This document shows, piece by piece, positions 1 through 10,600 of a DNA stretch of 64,000 bases. The position numbers were made by a program, and so were the translations under genes. The first letter of the stretch is position 1; every line of letters starts with the position of its first letter. Below the pieces are notes generated by a model. That model was not told where the DNA came from and ran no database searches. It worked only from the letters and a program-made list of their open reading frames with translations. The stretch is from a virus: positions 34,100 through 98,099 of the IMG/VR virus record IMGVR_UViG_3300032236_000443; one strand, written 5' to 3'.

Positions 1-316
1 AAAGGTGCAGTTCGCACACTGCTCTTCCAGCGTTTACGTCTGAAGACGTTAGCATATAAAGACTTGCTACTGCTCCAGTTTTACCTGAACCTCCTGCAGA
101 ACCATTTCCGTACAAAGATGTAGCAGAGTAGTTGCTTTGAGTGTCGCTATTGAACTGGACAAAAGCAGTTCTATCCCCATTACCTCCAGTTATGTTTCTG
201 TACAGATTTGTTTTAATAACTAAATCTGTATAATTTTGAGGTATGTTATTAAAAACAATAGATTTTGTGTTTACACCTAAAGTTTGACTAGCAATAAAAG
301 TGTACGTAGATGCCAT
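1..316 (-). CDS. tail fibre/receptor-binding module protein, truncated at window edge (paralog of N-terminal domain of 2968..4323)
   Basis: Manually translated MASTYTFIASQTLGVNTKSIVFNNIPQNYTDLVIK...QFNSDTQSNYS; start overlaps the stop of the upstream gene (TAATG). Confidence 0.75.
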   Translation of the reverse strand, partial: MASTYTFIASQTLGVNTKSIVFNNIPQNYTDLVIKTNLYRNITGGNGDRTAFVQFNSDTQSNYSATSLYGNGSAGGSGKTGAVASLYMLTSSDVNAGRAVCELHL

Positions 317-915
317 TATTGAGCCACCTTAATTCCGTATAGCGCAACTTGTGAGTTTTGCTGAAAGTTTACTGCGTCTTTTGAGTAAACTTTTACGCTA
401 GTAATTGCGTCAGAGTTAACTCCAGTGCCCGCTTTAAACCAAAGTCCAGAGTTAAGCATTGCAAATCCACCTGTAACGTTATCTACGCCGTGAAGCGAAC
501 GTGTTACTTTATTTTTATTTACATTTGTATAATCTAATATATCCACAATAGCGCCAAAAAAAGCGTTGTTTCCGACAGAACCATACCCAGCATACGCACC
601 GTTAGCGCTGCTTGAGGCATAGGCAGAGACAGGGCTAGAACCTTGACCGTATAAAAGGTGGTAAGAGTAATTTGCTGAAGTATCGCCGTTAAATTGAAGG
701 TCTAAATCTCCAGTAGAGTTAAACTGTCCAAAAATTCTTAGTTGCAAATGTGTAAAGTTTTGCGGAATATTGCTGAAGGTAATGTTTGCTTGACCACCAG
801 AGGGTACAACCACTGTTGCGATAGATTGAAAGTCATTCTGAGTAGTGGTTTGGTCCCACACCTTAATAGACTTGGTGCTGGATAACCCAGCACCATTAAA
901 TCTTTTAATAGACAC
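316..915 (-). CDS. virion fibre module protein (paralog of 4323..4922)
   Basis: ITFSNIPQNFTHLQLR...NYSYHLL...IVDILDY...SGLW...LYGIK pattern shared with neighbours. Confidence 0.7.
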   Translation of the reverse strand: MSIKRFNGAGLSSTKSIKVWDQTTTQNDFQSIATVVVPSGGQANITFSNIPQNFTHLQLRIFGQFNSTGDLDLQFNGDTSANYSYHLLYGQGSSPVSAYASSSANGAYAGYGSVGNNAFFGAIVDILDYTNVNKNKVTRSLHGVDNVTGGFAMLNSGLWFKAGTGVNSDAITSVKVYSKDAVNFQQNSQVALYGIKVAQ

Positions 916-937
916 GAATGACTCCCCTTTGGGAAAA

Positions 938-1174
938 TTAGAGAACTAGAACGGCGGCTTCTTCTGCTGTCAAAGGAGTACCAGCGATTAACTTAGCCTT
1001 GGCGCTTTCCTTGAGAGCAGCAGTTGCTTCAGCAGCAGCGTCAGCAGCAGCCTTTGCTTCAGCAGCGGCAGCAGCGTCTTGGTCACGCTGTGCAATTTCT
1101 TGTGCAGTTAGGGGAACAATACGTTGTTCTCCAGTTGTGCAATCAACAATAATCTTTGTAGGTGTATCAGACAT
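938..1174 (-). CDS. small tail-fibre-associated protein (chaperone-like)
   Basis: VDCTTGEQRIVPLTAQE followed by an Ala-rich helix; lies among fibre genes. Confidence 0.55.
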   Translation of the reverse strand: MSDTPTKIIVDCTTGEQRIVPLTAQEIAQRDQDAAAAAEAKAAADAAAEATAALKESAKAKLIAGTPLTAEEAAVLVL

Positions 1175-1539
1175 TACTTAACTTCCTTCCATGATGTAGT
1201 TGGTTCGTCCCATGAATAAATCTTGCCATCTGTAGGCATAGGTGTTGGGGCATCCCAAACACAGGTTTCTTCGTTCAATGTCCAAGAAGCAAATGGCTTT
1301 GGAGGAATGAATGCATCACGAACAGAGTCGTAAGTAAACCCAATTCCAGCATAGTTCTTGCGGAAAGGAGTACCGCCATTGCGATGCTCTCCAGCAATGG
1401 TGTTATAGGAAGTTTGCTTCCATGTACCACCCAAACCGAGTTCATCGGCTAAAAATGCTTGACCATCTTCCTTATCGTCTGCAACGACAAGTACACGAGT
1501 GACAATGTTGTCTTCGTCAATTTCGGCCCAATGTGCCAT
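1174..1539 (-). CDS. conserved tail-fibre-associated protein (MAHWAE...YAGIG...DAFIPPKPF type)
   Basis: Likely start MAHW with GGAG RBS; family commonly adjacent to Gly-rich fibre genes. Confidence 0.65.
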   Translation of the reverse strand: MAHWAEIDEDNIVTRVLVVADDKEDGQAFLADELGLGGTWKQTSYNTIAGEHRNGGTPFRKNYAGIGFTYDSVRDAFIPPKPFASWTLNEETCVWDAPTPMPTDGKIYSWDEPTTSWKEVK

Positions 1540-1588
1540 AGATTTTCTCCTTGCTTGATTGTCTAATGATAAACAGTTGTTAGTTAAT

Positions 1589-2968
1589 TTATGCCTTATA
1601 CCGAACAATAACTACACCAGAACCGCCAGCAGCACCGCTGTCTGCTCCAGTTACGATAGGTAGGCTGTAGCCCCAAGTTGCTCCTCCACCGCCACCTCCA
1701 GTATTTGTAAGACCAGCAGTAGGTAAAGAAGCAGGATTTGAAGTGGGAAATTGACCTCCACCCCAACCTCCCCCACCTTTTGAGCGGTAAGTAGGAATGT
1801 AACCTTGGTAAGCGCCCCAGCCTCCATTAGTTCCAGTTCCTTCAGTACCACCGTTACCACCACCACCGTAATACGCCGATAAACCGTATACGTTTCCAAC
1901 TGGGTGTGAAAAACCGTCTCCACCAATAGAGCCAACAGTTCCTGTTGTAGCGCTGCTATTCAACCCGTTAGCACCTGCTCCCGCACCGCCGCCGCCTGCA
2001 AGGTGAGAATTGTCGTTACCATTTGCAGTCTGACCACCGATGTAGCCAGTAGAGGTACCATTTACAACGTTACCTGAAGAACCACCTCTATCTGGGTAGT
2101 AATAGTTAACTCCACCTACACCGCCACCAGAAGAAGTTAAGTTGTAAAACGTTGAAGATGTACCAGCAACAGCAGTAGCACCACCAGCAACTGCACCAGC
2201 GCCACCACCACCGATAGTTGCTACGTAGCCAACTCCTGGTGTAAAGGTAACTCCAGTAGTAACGCTTACGTAACCGCCACCACCACCAGTTCCTTGAGGT
2301 CCTCCTGCTTGTCCTCCACCTCCACCGCCAACAACCATGTAATCTGCTAATAGACGAGTAGAAGGTTGGAAAGACCCAGTTGAGTTAAAGATGTGGTAAA
2401 CATAAGTGCCATCAGTAGTGACAATTCCACCATTTGCTTTTAGTGAATTGCCAACTACTTTCGTCATATCTTTAATGCCGTATAAGGTGAACTCTGAGTT
2501 TTGAGCAAAGTTAGATGCAGAAATCATGGTAAAACTAATAGAGGTAATTGGCGAAGTATTTGACCAAGTTCCAGACATAATATTTTCATGCCCAGTTGAA
2601 GAAAGAGCATCTGCAACGTTGTTTACAGAAAAGTTTTTAGGGTAAGAAGATGTGTAATTAGGGATGTAAATTTCCGTACTGTTAAACGTGCTTGCAGTAC
2701 CGTTAGTGCCCCATACAGAGCCTACATACCTAGCAAGAGACGATGATGATTTGTTAGTTCCATCTGAGTACAGGTAGATGCCTGAAAAACCTGTAGTAGT
2801 CCCATTAAATGCAACGTTCATACCTTGCGCTGCGGAATCAGTGCTGCGTACAGATAGGTAAACCCTTAAATCAGTGTAATACGAAGGTATGTTAGAGAAG
2901 GTTACAGTAGTGTCTCCACCAGTTGCGCTTACAGTGTAAGAGCCAATTTTTGTCATTGTCTCATTCAT
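1589..2968 (-). CDS. glycine-rich tail fibre/receptor-binding protein
   Basis: N-terminal FSNIP..YTDL module plus Gly-rich domain ending GGSGVVIVRY. Confidence 0.75.
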   Translation of the reverse strand: MNETMTKIGSYTVSATGGDTTVTFSNIPSYYTDLRVYLSVRSTDSAAQGMNVAFNGTTTGFSGIYLYSDGTNKSSSSLARYVGSVWGTNGTASTFNSTEIYIPNYTSSYPKNFSVNNVADALSSTGHENIMSGTWSNTSPITSISFTMISASNFAQNSEFTLYGIKDMTKVVGNSLKANGGIVTTDGTYVYHIFNSTGSFQPSTRLLADYMVVGGGGGGQAGGPQGTGGGGGYVSVTTGVTFTPGVGYVATIGGGGAGAVAGGATAVAGTSSTFYNLTSSGGGVGGVNYYYPDRGGSSGNVVNGTSTGYIGGQTANGNDNSHLAGGGGAGAGANGLNSSATTGTVGSIGGDGFSHPVGNVYGLSAYYGGGGNGGTEGTGTNGGWGAYQGYIPTYRSKGGGGWGGGQFPTSNPASLPTAGLTNTGGGGGGATWGYSLPIVTGADSGAAGGSGVVIVRYKA

Positions 2969-4323
2969 TAGCGTGCGTACCTCACAATGATTAGTCCAGA
3001 ACCACCAGTTCCACCTGCACCTGCCTGAGAGTTTCCACCAGCACCTCCACCAGTGTTAGCAAGTCCATTGGCTTCAGTCTGGAGGTTGTCGTTACCTCCA
3101 CCTTGGTTACCTGCACCACCGTTACCGCCTCCGCCATTACCTCCAAGGCCGTGACCGTCCCAAGTACCGTCTGAACCTCCGTTACCTAAGTTAGCAGCAC
3201 CTCCGCCACCACCTGCGTAGTAAACCGTTCCTGAAACATTCTGCCCTGTGTTGGTTGCAAGGCCCCATGAAGAGTACGCAGAAGTTCCTGCACCACCGTT
3301 ACCGCCATGATTAGCGTTACCAATTTCTCCAGCAACTCCAGCACCACCACCGCCACCGCCGTTGCGAACATTCGTAGCACCATTACCACCAGAATTACCT
3401 TGAGTACCAGTTCCTGTTCCACCTATGCCAGGAGTGTAACCACCACCACCACCTCCAGAACCACCATTGGCTCCGTTGTCACGGGATGAACCTCCTGCAG
3501 AACCTCCACCAACTGCAGCGGTTAGAGCACCAAACTGTGAGTTGCCACCATTACCGCCAATACTGCCTCCACCGTTAGCACCGCCTGCACCTACTGTGCA
3601 TGTGTACGAAGTACCACCTGTAAGAGATTGAGATGTAAGTGCTACTACACCGCCCGCACCACCGCCACCACCAAAACGCCAGGTAGAACCGCCACCTCCA
3701 GCAACTACAAGGATGTCAGCAGTAAGGTTACGGGTAGGTGTAAATGTACCTGTTCCATTAAACACGTGATAAACGTAAGAAGAGTCATAGGCAATAGAGG
3801 TTCCGCCAGAAGCCTGTGCAACTCTAGCGTTTACTGGGCTAATGCCGTATAAAGAAAAAGTAGAACCAGCAGCAAAAGTATCGGAGTCTAAGTTAATAGT
3901 TATAGATGTAATAGGTAAGAAGTTTCTCCACGTACCTGTATGAGCGTCAACTCCTCCACCGCCTCGGTCTGCTCGTGACATGATGGTTTTGTAGACAGTT
4001 GAGTTGGAATATTGAAAAATATCTACACGTCGCATACCCCACTCAGTGTTAGATGGAGTAGCGTAGTAGTCAATAGTTAAGTTGTTTCTGTTTGACCAAC
4101 GACTTGAGATAGGGCTACTTCCAGTTCCTGCCATAACTGTGCTGGAGTAATTTGCTCCAGTATCTCCGTTAAACTGAAGGTTTACGTAGTTAGTTGTAGT
4201 TGAAGAAGCAAGGCATGAAATGACTAAATACAAATCTGTATATGTTTGGTCAATGTTTGTAAAAGTTACACTAGCCGCTGATGAGTTTAACTTAATAGAC
4301 TGTAAAGGAGTATTTGTTGGCAT
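2968..4323 (-). CDS. glycine-rich tail fibre/receptor-binding protein
   Basis: Same two-domain layout; ends GGSGLIIVRYAR. Confidence 0.75.
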   Translation of the reverse strand: MPTNTPLQSIKLNSSAASVTFTNIDQTYTDLYLVISCLASSTTTNYVNLQFNGDTGANYSSTVMAGTGSSPISSRWSNRNNLTIDYYATPSNTEWGMRRVDIFQYSNSTVYKTIMSRADRGGGGVDAHTGTWRNFLPITSITINLDSDTFAAGSTFSLYGISPVNARVAQASGGTSIAYDSSYVYHVFNGTGTFTPTRNLTADILVVAGGGGSTWRFGGGGGAGGVVALTSQSLTGGTSYTCTVGAGGANGGGSIGGNGGNSQFGALTAAVGGGSAGGSSRDNGANGGSGGGGGGYTPGIGGTGTGTQGNSGGNGATNVRNGGGGGGAGVAGEIGNANHGGNGGAGTSAYSSWGLATNTGQNVSGTVYYAGGGGGAANLGNGGSDGTWDGHGLGGNGGGGNGGAGNQGGGNDNLQTEANGLANTGGGAGGNSQAGAGGTGGSGLIIVRYAR

Positions 4324-4922
4324 TATTTAATCCCATAGATAGATGCTATGCAACCTGAAACTAATGTTTGGCTACAGTTTAATGAGATAGTTCCTACTGC
4401 TTGTGTGCTATTCCATAGCCCCGATGCCAGTTGAATTTTACCTGAACCATTTACTTCCTGGGCTTCTAGCACTCTAATGTTTTTTGTTTTATTTGTATTT
4501 GAATAATCCAAGATATCAATAATGAAAGTGGTCCACATACCTGCGGTAGAACTTGAGCCGTTTACTTCTCCAACTCCCATAAAACTAACGCCCGTTTGTC
4601 CACCCGTAAAGACGCTTGAACCATCTCCACCAAGTAGGTGATATGAGTAGTTGTTTCCAGAGTCAATGCCTGATGCAGGACCCATCTGCATTTGCCAACC
4701 AATGCCTACCGCTTGGGCATAAGTAGAACGTACTAATCCACGAATTTGAAGGTGAGTGTATGTTGAAGGTATGTTATTGAACAAAAAAGCAGTTGAGTTT
4801 GTAGACAACTGTGCAGAAGTTATAGCATCCATCGCAGCAGTTTGAGATACTTGGTCCCAAACAGTTTGTTGCTTCGGAAAACCAGCCTGAATACTTTGAC
4901 GAGAAAGACGACTAACTGCCAT
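4323..4922 (-). CDS. virion fibre module protein
   Basis: FNNIPSTYTHLQIRG...IIDILDY...SIYGIK; paralog of 316..915. Confidence 0.7.
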   Translation of the reverse strand: MAVSRLSRQSIQAGFPKQQTVWDQVSQTAAMDAITSAQLSTNSTAFLFNNIPSTYTHLQIRGLVRSTYAQAVGIGWQMQMGPASGIDSGNNYSYHLLGGDGSSVFTGGQTGVSFMGVGEVNGSSSTAGMWTTFIIDILDYSNTNKTKNIRVLEAQEVNGSGKIQLASGLWNSTQAVGTISLNCSQTLVSGCIASIYGIK

Positions 4923-4935
4923 GAGTTAGGTCTCC

Positions 4936-5304
4936 TTACGCTAGTTCAGAACCGAATGCTGAGAAAGAAAGAGTGGTTGCTGAGGCGTTAATGGTGATGA
5001 CATCTGTGGTCGCCAATGTAATGCCAAGTGTCAAAGCAATCGTATCGTTTCCAGCAATTGGGGTTCCGTAAGCAATGTAGTGACGAGTATCAAGAGTTGC
5101 ACCTGCTGGGCGCACAGCGATGTTGAATGTTGCCGCTGTTGAAGCCTGGTTGCAGATAGTCAATGTTGAAACAACAGTAGAAGTTGCTGCTGGAACTGTG
5201 TAAAGGTTGTAGTTGGTATTAGCGGCAGAAAGTTGCTGAGCACCGTTACCAGTTGCTCCTGCTGCGCCTGTCATACCTAAAACTTTGTAAGAGGCTGTTG
5301 CCAT
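4936..5304 (-). CDS. small virion structural protein
   Basis: LYTVPAATSTVVSTLTICN...SFSAFGSE beta-rich pattern typical of phage fibre clusters. Confidence 0.6.
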   Translation of the reverse strand: MATASYKVLGMTGAAGATGNGAQQLSAANTNYNLYTVPAATSTVVSTLTICNQASTAATFNIAVRPAGATLDTRHYIAYGTPIAGNDTIALTLGITLATTDVITINASATTLSFSAFGSELA

Positions 5305-5366
5305 TGAATAAACTCCTTGTGGCTGGTGATACCGTAATTATCTATGGTTAAAAGGCTTCTGTATTG

Positions 5367-5933
5367 TTAAAGCGCCCCTAGATTTTTAAGGTTAGAGGTT
5401 ACAGAGTTCCTGTATTCCTCAGTCAAACTAGGGTCTAGTAGGAGGTTCTTAAAGAGGTCTACCGACTCATCTTGGCGTCCCACCCACCAAGCGCTTACTG
5501 CCTTTTCAAAGATAAGACCATATCGTCCTGGGTAATCTACCCAGATAGGAAGTAGGTCATTTTTTGTTGCGGGCAAAGAAAGTCCAACTTCGGCGTAAGT
5601 GTAGGACTCTTGCCACTTCTTGTTCTGCTCAAAGTAACGTGAGAATAAGAACCATGCTTCAGGGCGGTTAGGCAGGTAAGCGATAGCCTTGTAGTACAAG
5701 TTCCGAACTGTGTGCTCACGGTTCTGCTGGGCGCTAAAACACTTGGCAGATTTCAGCAACGACGAGTAGACATAGGTGGGATGGGTGTAGTACCCGTACT
5801 CAGCAGTCCGTAGGTAGAAGGAAACGGCAGAAGCAGTCTGACCTATGCGGTCGTACTCTTCGGCAATCTGTAGGTTAAGTGCAGGACTAAAGGGGTCATT
5901 AGATAGTTGGACTATTAACTCTTTAATTTCCAT
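5367..5933 (-). CDS. TPR-like helical repeat protein
   Basis: All-helical; AIAYLPNRPEAWFLFSRYFE TPR-like motif. Confidence 0.6.
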   Translation of the reverse strand: MEIKELIVQLSNDPFSPALNLQIAEEYDRIGQTASAVSFYLRTAEYGYYTHPTYVYSSLLKSAKCFSAQQNREHTVRNLYYKAIAYLPNRPEAWFLFSRYFEQNKKWQESYTYAEVGLSLPATKNDLLPIWVDYPGRYGLIFEKAVSAWWVGRQDESVDLFKNLLLDPSLTEEYRNSVTSNLKNLGAL

Positions 5934-6924
5934 AAAGAGCCTCCGAAATCATTGAGTCAACTGTTGACTTGGGTACTTCAAGGACAAATGCCGCATTGTC
6001 CTGAAATCCAAATGAGAGAAGTAAGTTGTCGTTGAGCACGGCAGCGCCGCAGACAAACTCAATCTTTGCATCTAGGAATGACCACTCTATTGGTGACACC
6101 CCAATTAATTTAAATGATTTGTTCCATACACATAAGCGATGGCGATAGACGCCATCTTTCTGTCCCATGTAGTTCTTAGTAAGCACAACTTCGTGTGTGA
6201 TGGCGATGTACATCTCGCCCCACTTAATGAGTTGAGAACCACCACGCAAATCAGCAGGAGCAGTAACGCCCTCTACAACCGCTAGTTGCTCACAGAATGC
6301 TGGGCGGTGTGGTTTAGTGCGAACAACCTCTGTCGGAGATGACCACTTAACGTATACATACGGCTTATCAAGTACAGGCATCCAGTTCTTTTCGCAGTAT
6401 GCGTTCTCATCAATTGGCGCAGGAATACGGATGCGTGAAACTTCTTTAGCAGTCCATTGTTCTTTATCAACTTCTAACTCCGATAGTTCCATACGGCCTT
6501 GACCAGTTGTAGTGGTATCTCTACGAACGCCTGTGCCGTAGTACTTTCCATCCCACTTAACTAAGCGGGCATCTTCTAACCCTACAAACTCCCAAATCGG
6601 CTCGTGAAGATTTTGCATTTCTATCTTGCAATAGTTGATGACATTAAAGTCTTTATCTAATCTACAGAAGTAATTCTCTGTACGTAACTTTTGGTCTTTC
6701 TCTGGATGCAAGTAAGAAAGAGGACCCCAGATACTGGGGAAGCGTTGGTCGTTTTCTGAGTGATAAAGAGTGTAATTGATATGACGCAAAATGCAGAGGA
6801 TATCTCCATCATCATCTATAAAGATAGATGGGTTCATTAAACCAGTTCCACCTGTAACTTCAGAAGGAATGATGAGAGGCGTTAACTTGCCGCCTTCTTG
6901 TACCGCCTTTTGCACCAGATTCAT
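5923..6924 (-). CDS. five-bladed beta-propeller glycoside hydrolase-like protein (GH43/GH130-like)
   Basis: NPSI, GLEDARL, EKNWMP, LRGGS, IEFVCG, SFGFQD motifs; probable leaderless start at 6924. Confidence 0.65.
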   Translation of the reverse strand: MNLVQKAVQEGGKLTPLIIPSEVTGGTGLMNPSIFIDDDGDILCILRHINYTLYHSENDQRFPSIWGPLSYLHPEKDQKLRTENYFCRLDKDFNVINYCKIEMQNLHEPIWEFVGLEDARLVKWDGKYYGTGVRRDTTTTGQGRMELSELEVDKEQWTAKEVSRIRIPAPIDENAYCEKNWMPVLDKPYVYVKWSSPTEVVRTKPHRPAFCEQLAVVEGVTAPADLRGGSQLIKWGEMYIAITHEVVLTKNYMGQKDGVYRHRLCVWNKSFKLIGVSPIEWSFLDAKIEFVCGAAVLNDNLLLSFGFQDNAAFVLEVPKSTVDSMISEALYGN

Positions 6925-6937
6925 GGGGCAAAGACTA

Positions 6938-7597
6938 CTACATACCACCTAGCATAAGTACTTGAGGTAGTGGGTCAGATGCTGCTGCCGCCCAAGCAAC
7001 ACCTGTACCTGTAGAGGTAAGAGCATAACCGCTAGTTCCTGCAGAACCACCAGCAGTCAATGTTCCAGTAAGAGTAAGGTTGGCAATAGAAGGACCTGTT
7101 GCAGCAACGATAGTTCCGCCAGTTCCTGTGATGAAGTCAAAGCCAGAAATTTGATAATCCCATGAGGCAGCGGTAGTTCCCGAAGTAGAGACAACTGTAA
7201 AGAAACCGCTAAAGCCAGTCTGCAGTGTAGCGACAAGATTTCCGCCAGAAGAGTTGATAGTCAAAGACTGTGTGCTGTTGTTGAGGATTTGGAAAGCAAA
7301 ACCAAGAGTTAAAGTGCTAACAACTGGAAGAACAATTGTCTGTGCAAGTGTTCCAGTGAAGTTTTGGGTAGTTTTGCTAGAGACTGTAAGGGTAGTAGTA
7401 GCACCAGCAGTTGCGGTTGTAGCGTAAGAAACACCACCACCTCCAGCATAAGACAAACCAGTCCACGCAGTAGAGCCATCACCGATTTTGAACTGGTTAG
7501 TATCTGACTCAAAGCCAATTTCGCCCGCTGCAAGAGTTGGGTTATTGGAAGTCCAGTTAGCCGCTGTATCACGGCGTTGCTGCATTCTAGATGTCAT
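6938..7597 (-). CDS. fibre protein with major-tropism-determinant N-terminal (hyaluronidase-N-like) domain
   Basis: QQRRDTAANWTSNNPTLAAGEIGFESDTNQFKIGDG signature. Confidence 0.8.
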   Translation of the reverse strand: MTSRMQQRRDTAANWTSNNPTLAAGEIGFESDTNQFKIGDGSTAWTGLSYAGGGGVSYATTATAGATTTLTVSSKTTQNFTGTLAQTIVLPVVSTLTLGFAFQILNNSTQSLTINSSGGNLVATLQTGFSGFFTVVSTSGTTAASWDYQISGFDFITGTGGTIVAATGPSIANLTLTGTLTAGGSAGTSGYALTSTGTGVAWAAAASDPLPQVLMLGGM

Positions 7598-7613
7598 TGA
7601 AGACCTCTCTCAA

Positions 7614-10600
7614 TTAGAAACTTACCGTTGATGCGCCTGCATCAATCGTGTAAGTCCACGTAGTGGTGTTACTTGAAGAAACTCCTGCGTCATAGATTAT
7701 ATCTGGCTTTATTGCTGAAGAACCGCCATCTAGATAATCAACTATGTATGCATTACCGCTAATGCCCTGGATACCTTGTGCACCTGTGGTTCCGATAGAA
7801 CCCTGAACACCTTGAGAACCTGTAAGTCCCTGTGTACCTGTTGAGCCTTGGGTTCCTGTAAATCCTTGTGCACCAGTGGCTCCTTGGGCACCTGTGGCTC
7901 CAGTAGCACCTGTGGCTCCTTGAAGACCAGTTGTACCTTGAGAACCTGTGGCTCCTGTTGTACCTGTAAAACCTTGTGCGCCCTGCGCTCCAGTGGCTCC
8001 AGCAGAACCTGTAGCACCAGTGGCTCCCTGTGCTCCTGTGGCTCCAGTAGTTCCCTGAACAGTTCCGCTAGTGATAAGCGTTGCTGAGAAATAAGTACCT
8101 TGACCGTTTGTATTACCGCCCCATTGCAAAACCTGTGATGTTGTGTTGCTTGTGTACGCAGTAAAGTCAATGTAATCAGTAGAACCGTTTAGGTAAACAA
8201 CCTTAGAACCACCCTGAGTGTAACCATTAGTGGTTGATACAGAGTTTTGGTAGATGGCGATTGTGCTGCCATTCTTCCTTACCTGGGTGTTGGTCTGAGC
8301 AGTACTCAGTGCGCCAGTTGCCCACCATGCATCAAAGTTAATAAGGTAGTAACCAGCAATAGTTGGTTGGAATCGCTTTGCTGTTGGGTCGTACCAGTTC
8401 TGTGGGTCAAAGTCATCAACAAACGCAATGAGTGCATCTGCGCCAGCAGTTACTGTTTGGTCGTTTGCTAATCGTCCATTTGCCGTGTAGTTAGCAGCGG
8501 TGAGCATTCCACCATTAAGACCTTGAATACCTTGCGTACCTTGTGAGCCTTGGGCTCCAGTAGTACCTGTTGTACCTTGGGCTCCAGTAGAGCCGATAGC
8601 GCCCTGTGTTCCAGTAAAGCCTTGGGTACCTGTCGCACCTTGGGCACCAGTAGCACCTGTTGTGCCTGTTGTGCCTTGTGCGCCCGTAGTTCCTACTGCG
8701 CCTTGAGTACCTGTAAATCCTTGAGCACCCGTAGTGCCTTGAGAGCCTGTTGCTCCTGTGGTTCCCTGTGCGCCAGTAAAGCCTTGCGTACCAGTAGCGC
8801 CTTGAGTTCCTGTGGCTCCCTGCAGTCCTTGTGTACCTTGAATTGCGTAAGCAACTTGGGTAGCAGTAAGGATAATTCCTGGGGTAATTGGTGTAGTTGG
8901 AGTTGTTCCTGCAGCAATTGTTTCAATAGAAACTGTTGTGCTTTCCGCTTGCCACATGAAGGTAACAACGTCATTGGCATTAAACGTGTAGACATAATTA
9001 ACGGTCTCAATGATTTGACCTGAAACGGAACCGTGCGATTGAGGTACAGTCATTTGACTGTTGGAGTATGGGGAATCTACTCCATTAACTCTTAGCCACA
9101 AGTTAGCGTTGTAAATCTGAGAAGAAGTGTTAACTAGTTGCACTGAGATAGTTATGCTGTAAGTTCCTTGGTTTAAGAACTTAATAGAGTTACCGCCCTG
9201 AGTTATTACGCCATTGTTCTCATAGGTGTTATTGATACTGATTGGATAAGCGGTTGTAGAGTTTGCAACAGTTTGAGTAGTTGTGTCGTAAAAAGAACCA
9301 TAGTAAGCAATTGTTCCACCAGCACCTTGAGCACCAGTGGCTCCTTGTGCTCCTACACCACTAGCCTGTGTCCATTGGATAGCGTCAGTACCAATACGGA
9401 TAGAGCCGTCTGAGTTAGAGCCGTTGGCATACATAAGCCATGCGGTCTTACCATAAACAGTTCCATCGGTTACAAATACGTAATCGCCTTCTTCTACCTG
9501 TGCTGCGACATGGTTATCAGCATCTGTAGCACGAGTAAGTTTCCACACAGAAGAAGAACTACCTGTCTGTGTTACTGTGTAAATACCATTTTGAACTTGA
9601 GTTGCTTGACCAGCAATAAGAACACGGTCACCAACTGCCATGTTTGGAGTGGTGTAACCATCAATAGAAAGAGTTCCGTTAGATGTAGCAATAATATAAG
9701 CGCCAATACCAGTACCGTTGCTAGCATCAGCAGAGCCAGCATAGTAAGTAGCACCATTACCAAGAGGCGTTGTCTGTACAGCCTCTACTGATTGGTGTGC
9801 GTTCTGAGAGGAGACAGGACCAACTGCTCCTTGAATACCCTGGGTTCCTTGTACGCCTTGGCTACCAGTTGTTCCCTGGGTTCCTTGCGCTCCAGTTGTT
9901 CCTTGAGCACCAGTGGTACCCTGAGAACCAGTTGTTCCTTGAGACCCCGTCGCTCCTTGAGAACCTGTTGTTCCTTGAGAACCAGTGGTTCCAGTCGTAC
10001 CTTGAGAACCTGTAGTTCCCTGACTACCTGTAGTGCCCTGAGAACCAGTAGTTCCTTGTGAACCTGTAGCGCCAACTGCGCCTTGAGCACCCGTTGAGCC
10101 AGTGTAGCCCTGAGTTCCCTGTGCGCCTTGTGCACCAGTTGTACCTGTAGTTCCCTGTGAACCTGTGGCTCCAGTAGCACCCTGTGCTCCTGTTGTTCCT
10201 TGGCTACCAGTTGGGCCAATGTCTCCAGTTAAACCTTGAGAACCAGTAAAACCTTGTGCTCCTGTAGTTCCTTGGGAACCAGTTGCTCCAGTAGTTCCTT
10301 GATTTCCTGTAGCACCTTGCGAACCTGTAGCACCTTGGCTACCCGTAGTTCCTTGAGAACCAGTTTGTCCAACAGCACCTTGGATACCAGTTGTACCTTG
10401 TGCACCGTCGTTACCTTGTGGTCCAGTAAATCCTTGCAGACCTTGAGCGCCAGTAGAACCAGTAGTTCCCTGTGAGCCAGTAGCGCCAGTGGTTCCTTGA
10501 GTTCCTACTGAACCTTGTGAACCTGTAGCACCTTGGCTTCCTGTTAATCCTTGAGAACCAGTTGCTCCCTGAGTTCCTGTTGAACCTGTGGTTCCTTGGG

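Noticed and set aside
6938-7597. Mtd-like gene suggesting a diversity-generating retroelement
   Set aside because: Only the N-terminal anchor domain matches; no reverse transcriptase or TR/VR pair noticed in the window
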